Part shown: piece by piece, positions 48,358 to 57,823 of the stretch | Position numbering within the stretch: the first letter of the stretch is position 1 | How the letters are laid out: each line of letters begins with the position of its first letter | Source: Alphaproteobacteria bacterium | Lineage (GTDB): Bacteria > Pseudomonadota > Alphaproteobacteria > Rs-D84 | Reading direction: 5' to 3' | Length of the DNA stretch: 64,000 nucleotides | Assembly (NCBI GenBank): GCA_017546265.1 | Contig: JAFYXG010000012.1 | Span: forward strand, 146,359-210,358 | The notes under the pieces: generated by a model | What the model saw: the letters and a program-made list of their open reading frames with translations, nothing else | The model's database searches: none | Told to the model about the DNA's origin: nothing | Position numbers and translations under genes: made by a program

Positions 48358-49931
48358 GAAATGGTTTATCAAAAGATTTAATCGCGCGTGTGTTGGGGGA
48401 TGCACCAAAGTATACTTTGGATGATTTAGAAGCAAAATTTCCACCACGCAATTTAGCAGATGGGGCAATGGTGACACGTTTCGCACCCAGCCCAACAGGA
48501 TATATGCATATTGGTGGTTTGTATGGTGCGTTGATAGACTGTAAGTTAGCACAACAGTCGGGTGGTGTATTTATGTTGCGAATTGAAGACACTGATACAA
48601 AGCGTGAGGTTGCAGATGCTGTTGAAATCATAAATGCGTCTATGGACCGATTCGGTTTGAAGTATAATAATGTTGAAAGTTATGGACCATACTATCAGTC
48701 ACAACGCAAGGATATTTATCATTCTGTCGCGGCAGAGTTGTTGGCGACTGGACAGGCGTACCCGTGTTTTTTAAGCACAACTGATATGGAGGAAATCAGA
48801 GAAAATCAAAAAGCAGCAGGATTCCCAACTGGTATTTATGGGGAATTTGCACGTGATAGAAATCTGACCGAAGAAGAAATCGCTGCGTATTTGGATAAAG
48901 GTTTGGTGCCATCGATTCGTTTGTATTCAATGGGAAAACCTGAACAAAGAATTTTCTGCAAAGATGCTGTGCGTGGTTCAATTGGCTTTCCGGAAAATAA
49001 TGAAGATATTGTTTTGATTAAATCAAATGATGGATTGCCAACGTATCATTTTGCACATTTATGTGATGATCATTTTATGCGTACAACACATGTTATTCGT
49101 GGTGAAGAATGGTTGCCTTCGTTGCCATTGCATGTGCAGTTGTTCCGTATGATGGGGTGGAATCCTCCATTGTATATTCATACGTCAACTATCGATAAAA
49201 TTGATGAAGAAACAGGTAAACAACGTAAATTGTCTAAACGTAAAGACCCAGAAGCAAATGTTGCGTTTTTCTTGGAGGCGGGTTGGCCGGTCGAGGCGGT
49301 AATTGAATACCTGGGTAATATCGCGGCATCGGGATATGAAGAATCTAAAATGAAGGGGCAGGTTAAAACTTTCTGGGATTATGAAATGCGTGCTAAAAAG
49401 ATTCCTATGTCGGGTGCGTTGTTTGATATGAAAAAACTGGAATGGTGGGCGAAAGAGTTTATTGGTTCGCTGCCGGTGCCTGATTTGGTTTGTCGTGTTG
49501 TAAATTGGGCAAATGAATATGGTACAGATATCAACAAAATGCAAATCGCAGACGAATCGTATCTGACGAGTGTGTTGGGTATCGAACGTGATAATCCAAA
49601 ACGTGTACGTAAAGACTTTATCACTTGGTCGCAGACATTGGAAAATGTTGCGTTTTTCTGGGATGAATTGTTTGTCCCAAACACCGAATATGAATTTAAT
49701 AATGATGTGTTAAAGGCGTTTTTGGAAACTTATAACGAATCGGATGACAAAGATACTTGGTGGGGAAAAATTGTTGCAGTTGCCGAATCGCTGGGGGGTA
49801 AAAATGGTGATGTTGCAATGAATTTGCGTGTGGCTTTGTCGGGTCGCACAAATACACCAGACCTGTATTCAATTATGTCGGTTATGGGCGGTGAACGTGT
49901 TAAAAAACGAATCGAAGGAGTAATCAAATGA
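48354..49931 (+). CDS. gltX: Glutamyl-tRNA synthetase (or closely related GluRS-type class I ligase)
   Basis: FAPSPTGYMHIGG HIGH-type motif, KLSKR KMSKS-type motif; 526 aa. Confidence 0.8.
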   Translation: MRNGLSKDLIARVLGDAPKYTLDDLEAKFPPRNLADGAMVTRFAPSPTGYMHIGGLYGALIDCKLAQQSGGVFMLRIEDTDTKREVADAVEIINASMDRFGLKYNNVESYGPYYQSQRKDIYHSVAAELLATGQAYPCFLSTTDMEEIRENQKAAGFPTGIYGEFARDRNLTEEEIAAYLDKGLVPSIRLYSMGKPEQRIFCKDAVRGSIGFPENNEDIVLIKSNDGLPTYHFAHLCDDHFMRTTHVIRGEEWLPSLPLHVQLFRMMGWNPPLYIHTSTIDKIDEETGKQRKLSKRKDPEANVAFFLEAGWPVEAVIEYLGNIAASGYEESKMKGQVKTFWDYEMRAKKIPMSGALFDMKKLEWWAKEFIGSLPVPDLVCRVVNWANEYGTDINKMQIADESYLTSVLGIERDNPKRVRKDFITWSQTLENVAFFWDELFVPNTEYEFNNDVLKAFLETYNESDDKDTWWGKIVAVAESLGGKNGDVAMNLRVALSGRTNTPDLYSIMSVMGGERVKKRIEGVIK

Positions 49932-50665
49932 CGCAGACAAAACGGGCCAGAATCAAGGCTGTTAAGAAAGATGAACATGCATCAAAATTGTTAAAAGTTC
50001 TGCGGGCAACTGGGTTGTTCCGTTGGGAAAAGCCAAGCACACACGCAGAAGAGGTGGTAAATATTTTAACCCACGGGATTGGTATAGGACTGGCGATTGC
50101 TGCTTTGACATTGCTGGTTGTGTTTGCCGGTATCAAAGGTGATGCATGGGCAATCGTATCGTGTGCTATTTTTGGTGTGACGATGATAAACCTGTATTTT
50201 GGGTCAACGATGTGCCATGCGACAATTGGTAAAAAGAACGAGTGTTTTTTCGAGGTCTGGGACAGTGTTGCAATCTATGCATTGATTGCTGGGACATATA
50301 CACCGTTTTTATTGGTAAATTTGCGTGGGTTTATTGGTTGGATTGTGTTCGCAATTTTGTGGGGAATTGTGTTGTTTGGTTCGTACATGAAAATTAAAAA
50401 TCCACGTCAACAACCAAAATGGATGGTGGCGTTGTATGTCGCGATGGGGTGGACTTTGCTGTTCATATTGCCGGCAATGATTCGCAGTATCCCGGTGCGC
50501 GGTTTGTGGTTTATTCTGGCGGGGGGATTGGCATATACCATTGGGGTTATATTCTATCTGTGGCGGCGTATGAAATTCTCGCATGCGGTGTGGCACCTGT
50601 TCGTAATCGGGGGCAGTGTGTGCTTCTTCTTTGCAGTGCTGTTCGGGTGTATATTTGATTTGTAA
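49928..50665 (+). CDS. Hemolysin III / PAQR family membrane protein
   Basis: 7-TM pattern with conserved His residues (HGIGIGL, CHAT, HLFV); 245 aa. Confidence 0.8.
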   Translation: MTQTKRARIKAVKKDEHASKLLKVLRATGLFRWEKPSTHAEEVVNILTHGIGIGLAIAALTLLVVFAGIKGDAWAIVSCAIFGVTMINLYFGSTMCHATIGKKNECFFEVWDSVAIYALIAGTYTPFLLVNLRGFIGWIVFAILWGIVLFGSYMKIKNPRQQPKWMVALYVAMGWTLLFILPAMIRSIPVRGLWFILAGGLAYTIGVIFYLWRRMKFSHAVWHLFVIGGSVCFFFAVLFGCIFDL

Positions 50666-50677
50666 GGGAGGTGTGTT

Positions 50678-51025
50678 ATGCCGTATGAACGTAATGTTGC
50701 AAAAGATATAAGCGATTGTGAATGGCCAAAGCCTGAGTTGCCGGCAGATTTATGTTGTGACGGTTGTGACACGCATTGCAAACTTTCTATGCAGTTAAAT
50801 GTAAGAGATGAAAAGTTTATGCCCGAAAGCGGTAAGCAGAACTTTTATGTTAAACCTGTAATATATGCAGGTGGTGTGGAATTGTATGGTTGTGGTTTGG
50901 CGGCTAGTAAGTCTGCAGAACTTCTTACTGCAGAAACGATGATTGAAATATGTAACGCAGATCTTTTGTATCAAGATGCGTTGGCATGGTGTCGTGCAAC
51001 CTGCAAGCATAGTAAGGTAAAATAA
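50678..51025 (+). CDS. Small cysteine-rich hypothetical protein (CCDGCDTHC cluster)
   Basis: 115 aa ORF with RBS gggagg; 9 Cys; no recognisable family. Confidence 0.4.
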   Translation: MPYERNVAKDISDCEWPKPELPADLCCDGCDTHCKLSMQLNVRDEKFMPESGKQNFYVKPVIYAGGVELYGCGLAASKSAELLTAETMIEICNADLLYQDALAWCRATCKHSKVK

Positions 51026-51026
51026 A

Positions 51027-51143
51027 GTGGAATAATAGACTGGATTGCTACGCTTCGCTCGCAATGACAAAAGTGATTAAGAATCCAAGAGGTTAGACAC
51101 AATTGTCATCGCGAGGGAGTGTAAACGACCGTGGCGATCCAGT
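51027..51143. repeat. Direct repeat copy 1 (~117 bp, internally hairpin-forming) flanking the GIY-YIG gene
   Basis: ggaataatagactggattgc...ctcgcaatgacaa-N33-ttgtcatcgcgag...ggcgatccagt; ~96% identical to 51466-51582. Confidence 0.8.
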
Positions 51144-51155
51144 AAAAAAATCAAA

Positions 51156-51464
51156 ATGAATGAACGAAAGTTTTATGTTTATATAATGTTTAATCGTAGG
51201 AATGGTACACTGTATACTGGCGTAACCAATGACATTGTTAAACGTGTTTGGGAACATAAGAATAAAATAAATCCAGATTCGTTTTCTGCGAAGTATAATT
51301 GTGATAAGTTGGGGTATTGGGAAGATTTTCAATATGTAAATGATGCGATTGAACGTGAAAAGCATATCAAGGCACAATCAAGAAATTATAAATTAGGTTT
51401 GATTGAAAGTATAAATCCAGATTGGTTGGATTTGAGTGTACAAGATATGTTTTGGATTAGGTAA
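51156..51464 (+). CDS. Small GIY-YIG nuclease family protein (COG2827 / UPF0213-like)
   Basis: FYVYIM...GTLYTGVTNDIVKRVWEHK...KYNCDKLGYWEDF...REKHIKAQSRNYKLGLIESINPDW matches the ~100-aa stand-alone GIY-YIG family. Confidence 0.8.
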   Translation: MNERKFYVYIMFNRRNGTLYTGVTNDIVKRVWEHKNKINPDSFSAKYNCDKLGYWEDFQYVNDAIEREKHIKAQSRNYKLGLIESINPDWLDLSVQDMFWIR

Positions 51465-51465
51465 A

Positions 51466-51582
51466 GCGGAATAATAGACTGGATTGCCATGCTTCGCTCG
51501 CAATGACAAAAGTGATTAAGAATCCAAGAGGTTAGACACAATTGTCATCGCGAGGGAGTGCAACGACCGTGGCGATCCAGTG
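51466..51582. repeat. Direct repeat copy 2 flanking the GIY-YIG gene
   Basis: Differs from copy 1 at ~5 positions (gctacgc/gccatgc; gtgtaaacg/gtgcaacg). Confidence 0.8.
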
Positions 51583-51784
51583 AATAGAATCAAATTATAA
51601 ATCTTGATTTTGTTAAAAAATAAGCATATGATATAAAACATGATTTTATTTAAGACTTTCTTTACTACAACTACTACAACCCCGTTGGGGGTGTAATTTC
51701 TGTATTGCGGGCGACTGCGTAAATTCTTATAATCAAACAAGTTTATTTAACAAACGTACTAAATATAAAAAAAGGTAGATAATC

Positions 51785-53518
51785 ATGGCATATGATATTG
51801 AGTTGATGCGTCATTCATTGGCACACGTTATGGCGGCAGCAGTTAAAAAACTGCACCCAGAGGTTAAGTTCGCAGGGGGACCTGCAATTGAAAATGGGTT
51901 CTATTATGACTTTGATACAGAATATCGTTTTTCCGAAGAAGACTTTGCACAAATCGAAAAGGAAATGCGGGATTTAATCAAATCTAATGGACGGTTTGAA
52001 CAACGTAATGTATCAATTGATGAAGCAAAAGAAATCTTTGCAGACCAGCCATATAAAATGGAATGGTTAAACGAATACGATGCGGCAGGTGAAGCGTTGT
52101 CTATCTATACTTTCCGTGATTTTACGGATTTATGCCGTGGACCACACGTTGAATCCTCTAAAGATTTGCCAAGGGATGGATTCAAAATCCGCAGTGTTGC
52201 AGGGGCGTACTGGAAAGGTGATTCCAAAAATAAAATGTTGCAACGTATCTATGTTGATGCATTTGCCAGCAAAGATGAATTAGATAATTTCCTGAAAATG
52301 CAAGAAGAAGCCGCAGCACGCGATAACCGCAAGTTGGGGAAAGATATGGACCTGTTCCACTTTGAACCAGAATATGCACCAGGAGCGGTGTTCTGGCATG
52401 ACAAAGGGTACAAGATGTATCGCCGCCTGATTGAATATGTGCGTGCACGTCAGGAACGGGCAGGGTATCAGGAAATTTCAACGCCGGCGGTTATGGACAG
52501 ATGTCTGTGGGAACGTTCTGGACATTGGGCAAAGTATGGTGAACACAACTATTCCGGTAAAACCCAAGACGGCAAAGTGTTCTGTATTAAACCTATGTCG
52601 TGCCCAGGGGGGATGTTGGTATTCGGACATGGTTTGCGTTCGTACAAAGACCTGCCGTTGTATATGGCCGAATTTGGCAAGGTGCATCGCTATGAAGCAG
52701 CCGGTGGTTTGTCAGGACTGATGCGTGTTCGTGAGTTTACCCAGGACGATGCTCATATCTTCTGTACAGAAGAACAGTTGGAAGAAGAAGTTGTTAAAAT
52801 CCTGAAATTCATCAAGGATATTTATGGTAAGTTTGGATTCGATAAGATTTCTATGAAGTTGGCAACACGTAAAGAATCTGAATTCCGAATCGGGTCAGAT
52901 GAAATCTGGGACAAGGCCGAAGGGGCATTAAAAGCCGCGTTGGATAAAAATGGTATCGAATATGAAATCGCCGAAGGGGATGCCGCCTTCTATGGACCAA
53001 AGATTGATAATTATTTGAAAGATTCTATGGGGCGTGTATGGCAATGTGGTACGGTGCAGTTGGATATGAATCTGCCAGAACGATTTGATTTGTCATATGT
53101 TGGCGAAGATGGTGAAAAGCATCGCCCGATTATGTTGCATCGTGCAATGTTGGGGTCGATTGAACGATTCATGGGTGTGTTGCTGGAATCAACGGGGGGG
53201 AATTTGCCATTGTGGTTAAGCCCAGAGCCGGTCGTAGTCGCACCAATTTCACAAAAGCATGCAGATTACGCAAACGAAGTTGTAGCGGCACTGCGTGATG
53301 CGGGTGTAAATGTGCGTGCAGATTTGCGTGATGAAAAAGTAAACTATAAAATCCGTGAATTGTCGTTGGCAAAAACACCAATTATCGCGGTCGTTGGTGA
53401 AAAAGAAATGGCAGAAAAAATGGTTACTTTGCGTAAATTGGGCCAGGAAAAACAGGAAGTTATGCCACTGGACGAATTTGTCGCAATGATGCAAAATGCA
53501 GTTAAAATGCCATTATAA
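51785..53518 (+). CDS. thrS: Threonyl-tRNA synthetase lacking the N-terminal TGS domain
   Basis: Starts at the editing domain (RHSLAHVM His pair), class II catalytic core and anticodon-binding domain present; 577 aa vs ~640 typical. Confidence 0.9.
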   Translation: MAYDIELMRHSLAHVMAAAVKKLHPEVKFAGGPAIENGFYYDFDTEYRFSEEDFAQIEKEMRDLIKSNGRFEQRNVSIDEAKEIFADQPYKMEWLNEYDAAGEALSIYTFRDFTDLCRGPHVESSKDLPRDGFKIRSVAGAYWKGDSKNKMLQRIYVDAFASKDELDNFLKMQEEAAARDNRKLGKDMDLFHFEPEYAPGAVFWHDKGYKMYRRLIEYVRARQERAGYQEISTPAVMDRCLWERSGHWAKYGEHNYSGKTQDGKVFCIKPMSCPGGMLVFGHGLRSYKDLPLYMAEFGKVHRYEAAGGLSGLMRVREFTQDDAHIFCTEEQLEEEVVKILKFIKDIYGKFGFDKISMKLATRKESEFRIGSDEIWDKAEGALKAALDKNGIEYEIAEGDAAFYGPKIDNYLKDSMGRVWQCGTVQLDMNLPERFDLSYVGEDGEKHRPIMLHRAMLGSIERFMGVLLESTGGNLPLWLSPEPVVVAPISQKHADYANEVVAALRDAGVNVRADLRDEKVNYKIRELSLAKTPIIAVVGEKEMAEKMVTLRKLGQEKQEVMPLDEFVAMMQNAVKMPL

Positions 53519-53570
53519 TTCAGTGTGGGGTGAAAAAAACACCCCACGGAATTAAACAGGGGGAATAAAA

Positions 53571-53714
53571 ATGAAAAAGATTTTATTTTTGTGTGCACTG
53601 GTGATGGTGCCTGTGGTGGTCGCAGGATGTGCAAAAAAGTGCGAGGTTGAACCAATTGTTGAACAAAATCATAAACTGATTGTACCTCCAAACTTTGGAA
53701 ATATGCCAAAATAA
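53571..53714 (+). CDS. Small lipoprotein (47 aa)
   Basis: MKKILFLCALVMVPVVVAGC lipobox; RBS aggggga; below the ORF-track size cutoff. Confidence 0.4.
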   Translation: MKKILFLCALVMVPVVVAGCAKKCEVEPIVEQNHKLIVPPNFGNMPK

Positions 53715-53775
53715 CTTTTATGCCAAAGACATTTTGTTTTTGGCGTTTTTTATGATATAATGTCCATAACAATGT

Positions 53776-54606
53776 ATGGGGGATTTTATCATGAATGATG
53801 ATAACAACTTGGATTTATTAGACTTAGATGATAATGGTGCAATGGACACACTGCCCGAGGCAACACTGTTCGCGAATCCGCGACCAAAAAAACCATGGCT
53901 GTTGTTGGGGGTGGGAATTGTTGTTATTATCCTGGCGACTTATATTATTATCAGTGCAATTCGTGATGATTCAAATTCTGTAATCGAAGTTGATTTAGAT
54001 GTGCCAGTGGCGGTCGTTGATGAACCAGGACAGCCAGTTGATTTAAATGTTATGCCGGCACCAAAACCAATGCCGGTGGCCGTTGAACATACCGCAGGTG
54101 TTCCTGTGCGTGTGGTCGAAGAACGTAAAGAGGTTGTTTTTAACCCAGCCGCCGTGGATGTTAAGCCACAGCCTGTGGTTCAACCACAACCGCAACCAAT
54201 TGCAAAGCCTGTTGTGGCACCAGCGGCACAACCCGCCGCAGCTCAGGTGGCAAAGCCTGCTACAAAACCAGTTGTTCAGGCTCAACCAAAAGTGGCGACA
54301 ACAAAACCTGTCGCAAAGCCTGCACCAAAACCAGCACCAAAATCAGCGGCAAAAACCGCTGCGGGGTCTTGGTATGTCCAGTTCGGTTCATACAGCACAC
54401 GTGCATTGGCTGAAAATGCCCAGCGACAGATGCGTAATGCACACCCAAGTTTGTTTGAAGGTCATCAGTTTGTTATATTGGCTGCTCAGTTAAAAGATGG
54501 TAAGACGACATATCGTTTGCGTGTTGCGTTCAAGACATCAAATGATGCAAATGGTTTCTGTCGAAATGCAAAATCTGATGGATTGGATTGCTATGTTGCA
54601 AAATAA
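53776..54606 (+). CDS. SPOR-domain septal peptidoglycan-binding protein
   Basis: Acidic N-terminus, one TM, Pro/Ala/Val/Gln-rich linker, C-terminal SPOR (SWYVQFGSY...A..A). Confidence 0.7.
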   Translation: MGDFIMNDDNNLDLLDLDDNGAMDTLPEATLFANPRPKKPWLLLGVGIVVIILATYIIISAIRDDSNSVIEVDLDVPVAVVDEPGQPVDLNVMPAPKPMPVAVEHTAGVPVRVVEERKEVVFNPAAVDVKPQPVVQPQPQPIAKPVVAPAAQPAAAQVAKPATKPVVQAQPKVATTKPVAKPAPKPAPKSAAKTAAGSWYVQFGSYSTRALAENAQRQMRNAHPSLFEGHQFVILAAQLKDGKTTYRLRVAFKTSNDANGFCRNAKSDGLDCYVAK

Positions 54607-54622
54607 ACAATAGGGGATAGGT

Positions 54623-54823
54623 ATGAGATTAGGTTGGATGGAAATTGCGTTAATAGTTGTGCTGGTTGTAATATTGTTTGGTCATAACAAGATTCCAGGC
54701 ATGATGAAAAATTTGGCGGATGGACTGAATGTCTTTAAAAAAGAAATGAAGTCCGAGGCGAAACCTGAAAAAAAGCCGGTGGCAAAAAAGAAACCGGTTA
54801 AAAAGGTCGCTAAAAAGAAATAA
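54623..54823 (+). CDS. tatA: Twin-arginine translocase subunit TatA/E
   Basis: N-terminal TM plus amphipathic helix (LVVILFGHNKIPGMMKNLADGLNVFKK), Lys-rich tail; 66 aa. Confidence 0.75.
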   Translation: MRLGWMEIALIVVLVVILFGHNKIPGMMKNLADGLNVFKKEMKSEAKPEKKPVAKKKPVKKVAKKK

Positions 54824-54856
54824 TAAAAATCCCCCGTTTGGGGGATTCTTTTGTTC
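54824..54856. terminator. Bidirectional terminator (aatcccccgtttgggggatt, identical 20-mer to the one at 3321)
   Basis: Hairpin between tatA(+) and dksA(-). Confidence 0.7.
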
Positions 54857-54875
54857 GTGCAATTTATTGTTGTGT

Positions 54876-55307
54876 TTAGTTTTTCCGGCGTTCGTATTCT
54901 TCCTGTTCTTCGGTGGTCATGGTCGCCAATGGACGGGCCAGCATGCGTTGCAGACCAATTTCTTCGCCAGATACAACACTGAAACCAAAGGTGCCATTCG
55001 CAATTCGCTCCAGGGCCGCGTTTATTTTCTGCAACAGTTTGTTGTTGCGTTCAGACATACGCAAATCCATCGTTATGTCCTGGTTAAATGATGCGTTGTC
55101 CGATTCGTCACCGACACCAACTGCCTCGGTCTTATCGGCAAGACGAACTGCACTTAATACCGCGTCACTGTCGCTGACCAATTCTGCACGCTGGGCATTT
55201 AATATGTTATAAAAATAGGCCAGGTGCATTGGGCACATATATGGTTCCGTTTTTTTGGGCTTGTAATTCGCCGGTAATTCAATGGTCTTGTAATTTTCTG
55301 TTGACAT
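54876..55307 (-). CDS. dksA: DksA/TraR-family RNA polymerase-binding factor lacking the C4 zinc finger
   Basis: Coiled-coil with acidic tip (VGDESD), C-terminal region GTFGFSVVSGEEIGLQRMLARP without Cys. Confidence 0.75.
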   Translation of the reverse strand: MSTENYKTIELPANYKPKKTEPYMCPMHLAYFYNILNAQRAELVSDSDAVLSAVRLADKTEAVGVGDESDNASFNQDITMDLRMSERNNKLLQKINAALERIANGTFGFSVVSGEEIGLQRMLARPLATMTTEEQEEYERRKN

Positions 55308-55310
55308 TTT

Positions 55311-55628
55311 TTAACCTTTTAACTCTTGTATCCATGACAATAATGTGTCTGAATCCATCAAACCTGTGCGGGCAGCAACCAATTCACCGTCTTTGAATGC
55401 CAATACAGATGGAATACTGCGAATGCCATATTTCGCAGGTGTCCGGCGATTCGATTCGTCTATTTCAAATTTAACAAATTTTGCATCGCTGGTTTTCTCA
55501 GAGGTTTCTTCGAAAATTGGGCCAAACATACGGCATGGGCCGCACCAAGATGCCCAAAAATCAACCAAGGTTATACCACTGCTGATTAAATCGTCAATCG
55601 TTGCATCGTTTGCATGTGATAATGCCAT
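55311..55628 (-). CDS. trxA: Thioredoxin
   Basis: WASWCGPC active site; 106 aa from the internal Met with RBS ggagaaaa. Confidence 0.9.
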   Translation of the reverse strand: MALSHANDATIDDLISSGITLVDFWASWCGPCRMFGPIFEETSEKTSDAKFVKFEIDESNRRTPAKYGIRSIPSVLAFKDGELVAARTGLMDSDTLLSWIQELKG

Positions 55629-55703
55629 ATTTTTTCTCCTTTCTGTTGTTGATATTTGGCATGAGTGTATTATAATCACCAAAAAATGCAAGAGAAATCA
55701 TAA

Positions 55704-56807
55704 ATGAATAAAATCATATACTTAGATGCCGCAGCAACATACCAAAAACCGTCCGCTGTTATAGATGCAATGAATGATTTTTTGGCAAATCATTATGCAA
55801 ATGCAGGACGCGGTGTGTGTGGACGTGTTGAATATGTTGATGATATGATTGTGCGTACCAGGGCACGGGTCGCAGGTTTTATGAATGCACGACCAAATCA
55901 GATTGCCTTTGTGTCTGGTACAACAATGGCAATGAATATGGTCGCAGATATGATTCCAATGCGGGCAACAACGCGTCTGTTGGTGTCAGATTTAGACCAT
56001 CACAGTGCAAGGCTGCCATTCGTTCAGCGTGTAAATGAACGGGCCGGGCAGGTGTTGGTATGCCCATTGGACGAGCATTATAATCTGGATGCGGAAAAGA
56101 TACCGGTCGCAGATGTCTTTGTTATAACCGCAATGTCAAATGTGCTGGGAAAATCACAGGATGTTGCAAAAATTATTCAGACTGCCAAAGAAAAAAATCC
56201 AAATGTTATAACCGTTGTTGATGCTGCACAGTTTGTCGTGCATGAAAAAATAGATGTGCGAGCATGGGGGGCGGATTTTGTTTGCTGGTCAGCACATAAA
56301 ATTGGGGCTGATACGGGTGTCGGTATTTTATATATTAAAAATCCCGATGATTACAGTCCTGCTTTTATCGGCGGTGGGATGGTTAAACGTGTCGGGGCAG
56401 ATGGTAAAATTTTCTTGGCAGATTCAATAGAACGATTCGAGGCGGGGACTTTGCCGTTGACGCAAATTGCGGGAATTATCCCAGCAATAGATAATCTGGA
56501 AAAAAATAGACCGAACCAGGAACTGATTCAATATATGTATGATGAATTAAGCAAAATAGACAGAGTTAAAATATTGACCAAACGTGATGCAAGTGTGTTG
56601 ACGTTTGTTGTTGATGGAATGCATTCATTGGATTGTGGTGCGTATCTGGGGGTGCGTGGGTTCTGTGTGCGTGTGGGGGTGATGTGTGCGTCTTGGATTA
56701 TGGGACGATTAAATGTTGATGGAGCGGTGCGTGTGTCTGTCGGTGTGTATAACAGTCAGGCAGATGCAGAAGCCTTTGTCAAGGCAATCAAAGAAGTTGT
56801 AAAATGA
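55704..56807 (+). CDS. Cysteine desulfurase (class V aminotransferase, SufS/CsdA-like)
   Basis: PLP-fold; SAHKIGADTG (Lys for PLP), 367 aa; followed by sufT and sufE. Confidence 0.75.
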   Translation: MNKIIYLDAAATYQKPSAVIDAMNDFLANHYANAGRGVCGRVEYVDDMIVRTRARVAGFMNARPNQIAFVSGTTMAMNMVADMIPMRATTRLLVSDLDHHSARLPFVQRVNERAGQVLVCPLDEHYNLDAEKIPVADVFVITAMSNVLGKSQDVAKIIQTAKEKNPNVITVVDAAQFVVHEKIDVRAWGADFVCWSAHKIGADTGVGILYIKNPDDYSPAFIGGGMVKRVGADGKIFLADSIERFEAGTLPLTQIAGIIPAIDNLEKNRPNQELIQYMYDELSKIDRVKILTKRDASVLTFVVDGMHSLDCGAYLGVRGFCVRVGVMCASWIMGRLNVDGAVRVSVGVYNSQADAEAFVKAIKEVVK

Positions 56808-57118
56808 GTTTTAGTAAAGATGATATTATTGCAGCACTAAAAACTGTATTTGACCCAGAAATCCCAGTTAATGTATGGGATATGGGATTGATTTACGAGA
56901 TAAATATCGGACAGACCGAGGTTGTGATTAAAATGACATTTACCAGTCCAACATGTCCCATGATGGAACAGTTGATGGCACAGGTAAAAGATGCCGCCCA
57001 GGGTGTTGTTGGGGATGTGCCTGTGCGGGTAGAACTGGTGTGGGACCCACCGTGGGATTTATCAAAAATGTCAGATGCTGCACGTATAGAGTTAGATTTG
57101 ATGAACGAAGGGTGGTAA
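56804..57118 (+). CDS. sufT: Fe-S assembly DUF59 protein (SufT / MIP18-like)
   Basis: DPEIPVNVWDMGLIY...TSPTCPM conserved DUF59 motifs. Confidence 0.75.
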   Translation: MSFSKDDIIAALKTVFDPEIPVNVWDMGLIYEINIGQTEVVIKMTFTSPTCPMMEQLMAQVKDAAQGVVGDVPVRVELVWDPPWDLSKMSDAARIELDLMNEGW

Positions 57119-57123
57119 ACACA

Positions 57124-57486
57124 ATGACATTTGATGACATAAAAAAATATTTGGCTGTATTGGATGGACCCGTTGAAAAACTGGAATTTGTTATGGATTT
57201 GGGAAACACATTGCAGGCAGTGCCCGCAAATGCAAAATGTCACGAGATTGCCGGATGTGCTTCGTTTGTGAAAATTTGTCAAAATGAAAACGGGTTTTAT
57301 GCAAATGCCGATTCGGCACTGGTGCGGGGAATTGTGGCAATATTTATCGCAATGGTTGATGGGAAAAACGTCCAGCAAATCAAAAAAATGAATTTGGCAG
57401 ATGAGTTTTATGCGTTGAATTTACAGTTAGGGGCGGGGCGAACCAATGGTGTGAATTCTATGATTAGATTTTTTGAAAATTTGTGA
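57124..57486 (+). CDS. sufE: Sulfur acceptor SufE/CsdE
   Basis: Conserved GCAS region (EIAGCASFV) with the active Cys; 120 aa. Confidence 0.8.
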   Translation: MTFDDIKKYLAVLDGPVEKLEFVMDLGNTLQAVPANAKCHEIAGCASFVKICQNENGFYANADSALVRGIVAIFIAMVDGKNVQQIKKMNLADEFYALNLQLGAGRTNGVNSMIRFFENL

Positions 57487-57529
57487 TAAAATGCCAACAA
57501 AGGCTTCTGTTGGGGGGGGGATATTGGGT

Positions 57530-57823
57530 ATGAATTATGATAAAAAAATTCTGCGTTTTGGTATGTGGACACTGGGGGCGGCTTTGTTATTAAGTGTTAT
57601 GCTGCAGGTGGGATTTAGAACGCAAAGCAGACAGATAAACAGGGCAAAACGTGAAATTGAACAAATCCAGCCAAAAATTGCAGAGGCCAAGGCAAACTTT
57701 GCCGCAAACGTTCGACCAGAAGTGCTTAGGAATTTGGTGCTGGGGTTAGAGCCCAAAGCGGCGGCAATCAGTTTTAATAAGTCTGTGGATGTAAATGCGT
57801 TGAAAAACAGGGAAAGTTTATAA
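57530..57823 (+). CDS. ftsL: FtsL-like small bitopic division protein
   Basis: Single TM plus coiled-coil, position immediately upstream of ftsI with 1-nt stop/start overlap; a G9 run lies in its 5' region. Confidence 0.45.
   Translation: MNYDKKILRFGMWTLGAALLLSVMLQVGFRTQSRQINRAKREIEQIQPKIAEAKANFAANVRPEVLRNLVLGLEPKAAAISFNKSVDVNALKNRESL

Noticed and set aside
51583-51784. tRNA or other RNA gene in the AT-rich region upstream of thrS (and in other intergenic gaps)
   Set aside because: By eye there is no cloverleaf-compatible sequence, no GTTC-type T-loop with a matching acceptor stem and no CCA context. The region looks like a promoter or leader. tRNAscan would be the definitive check.
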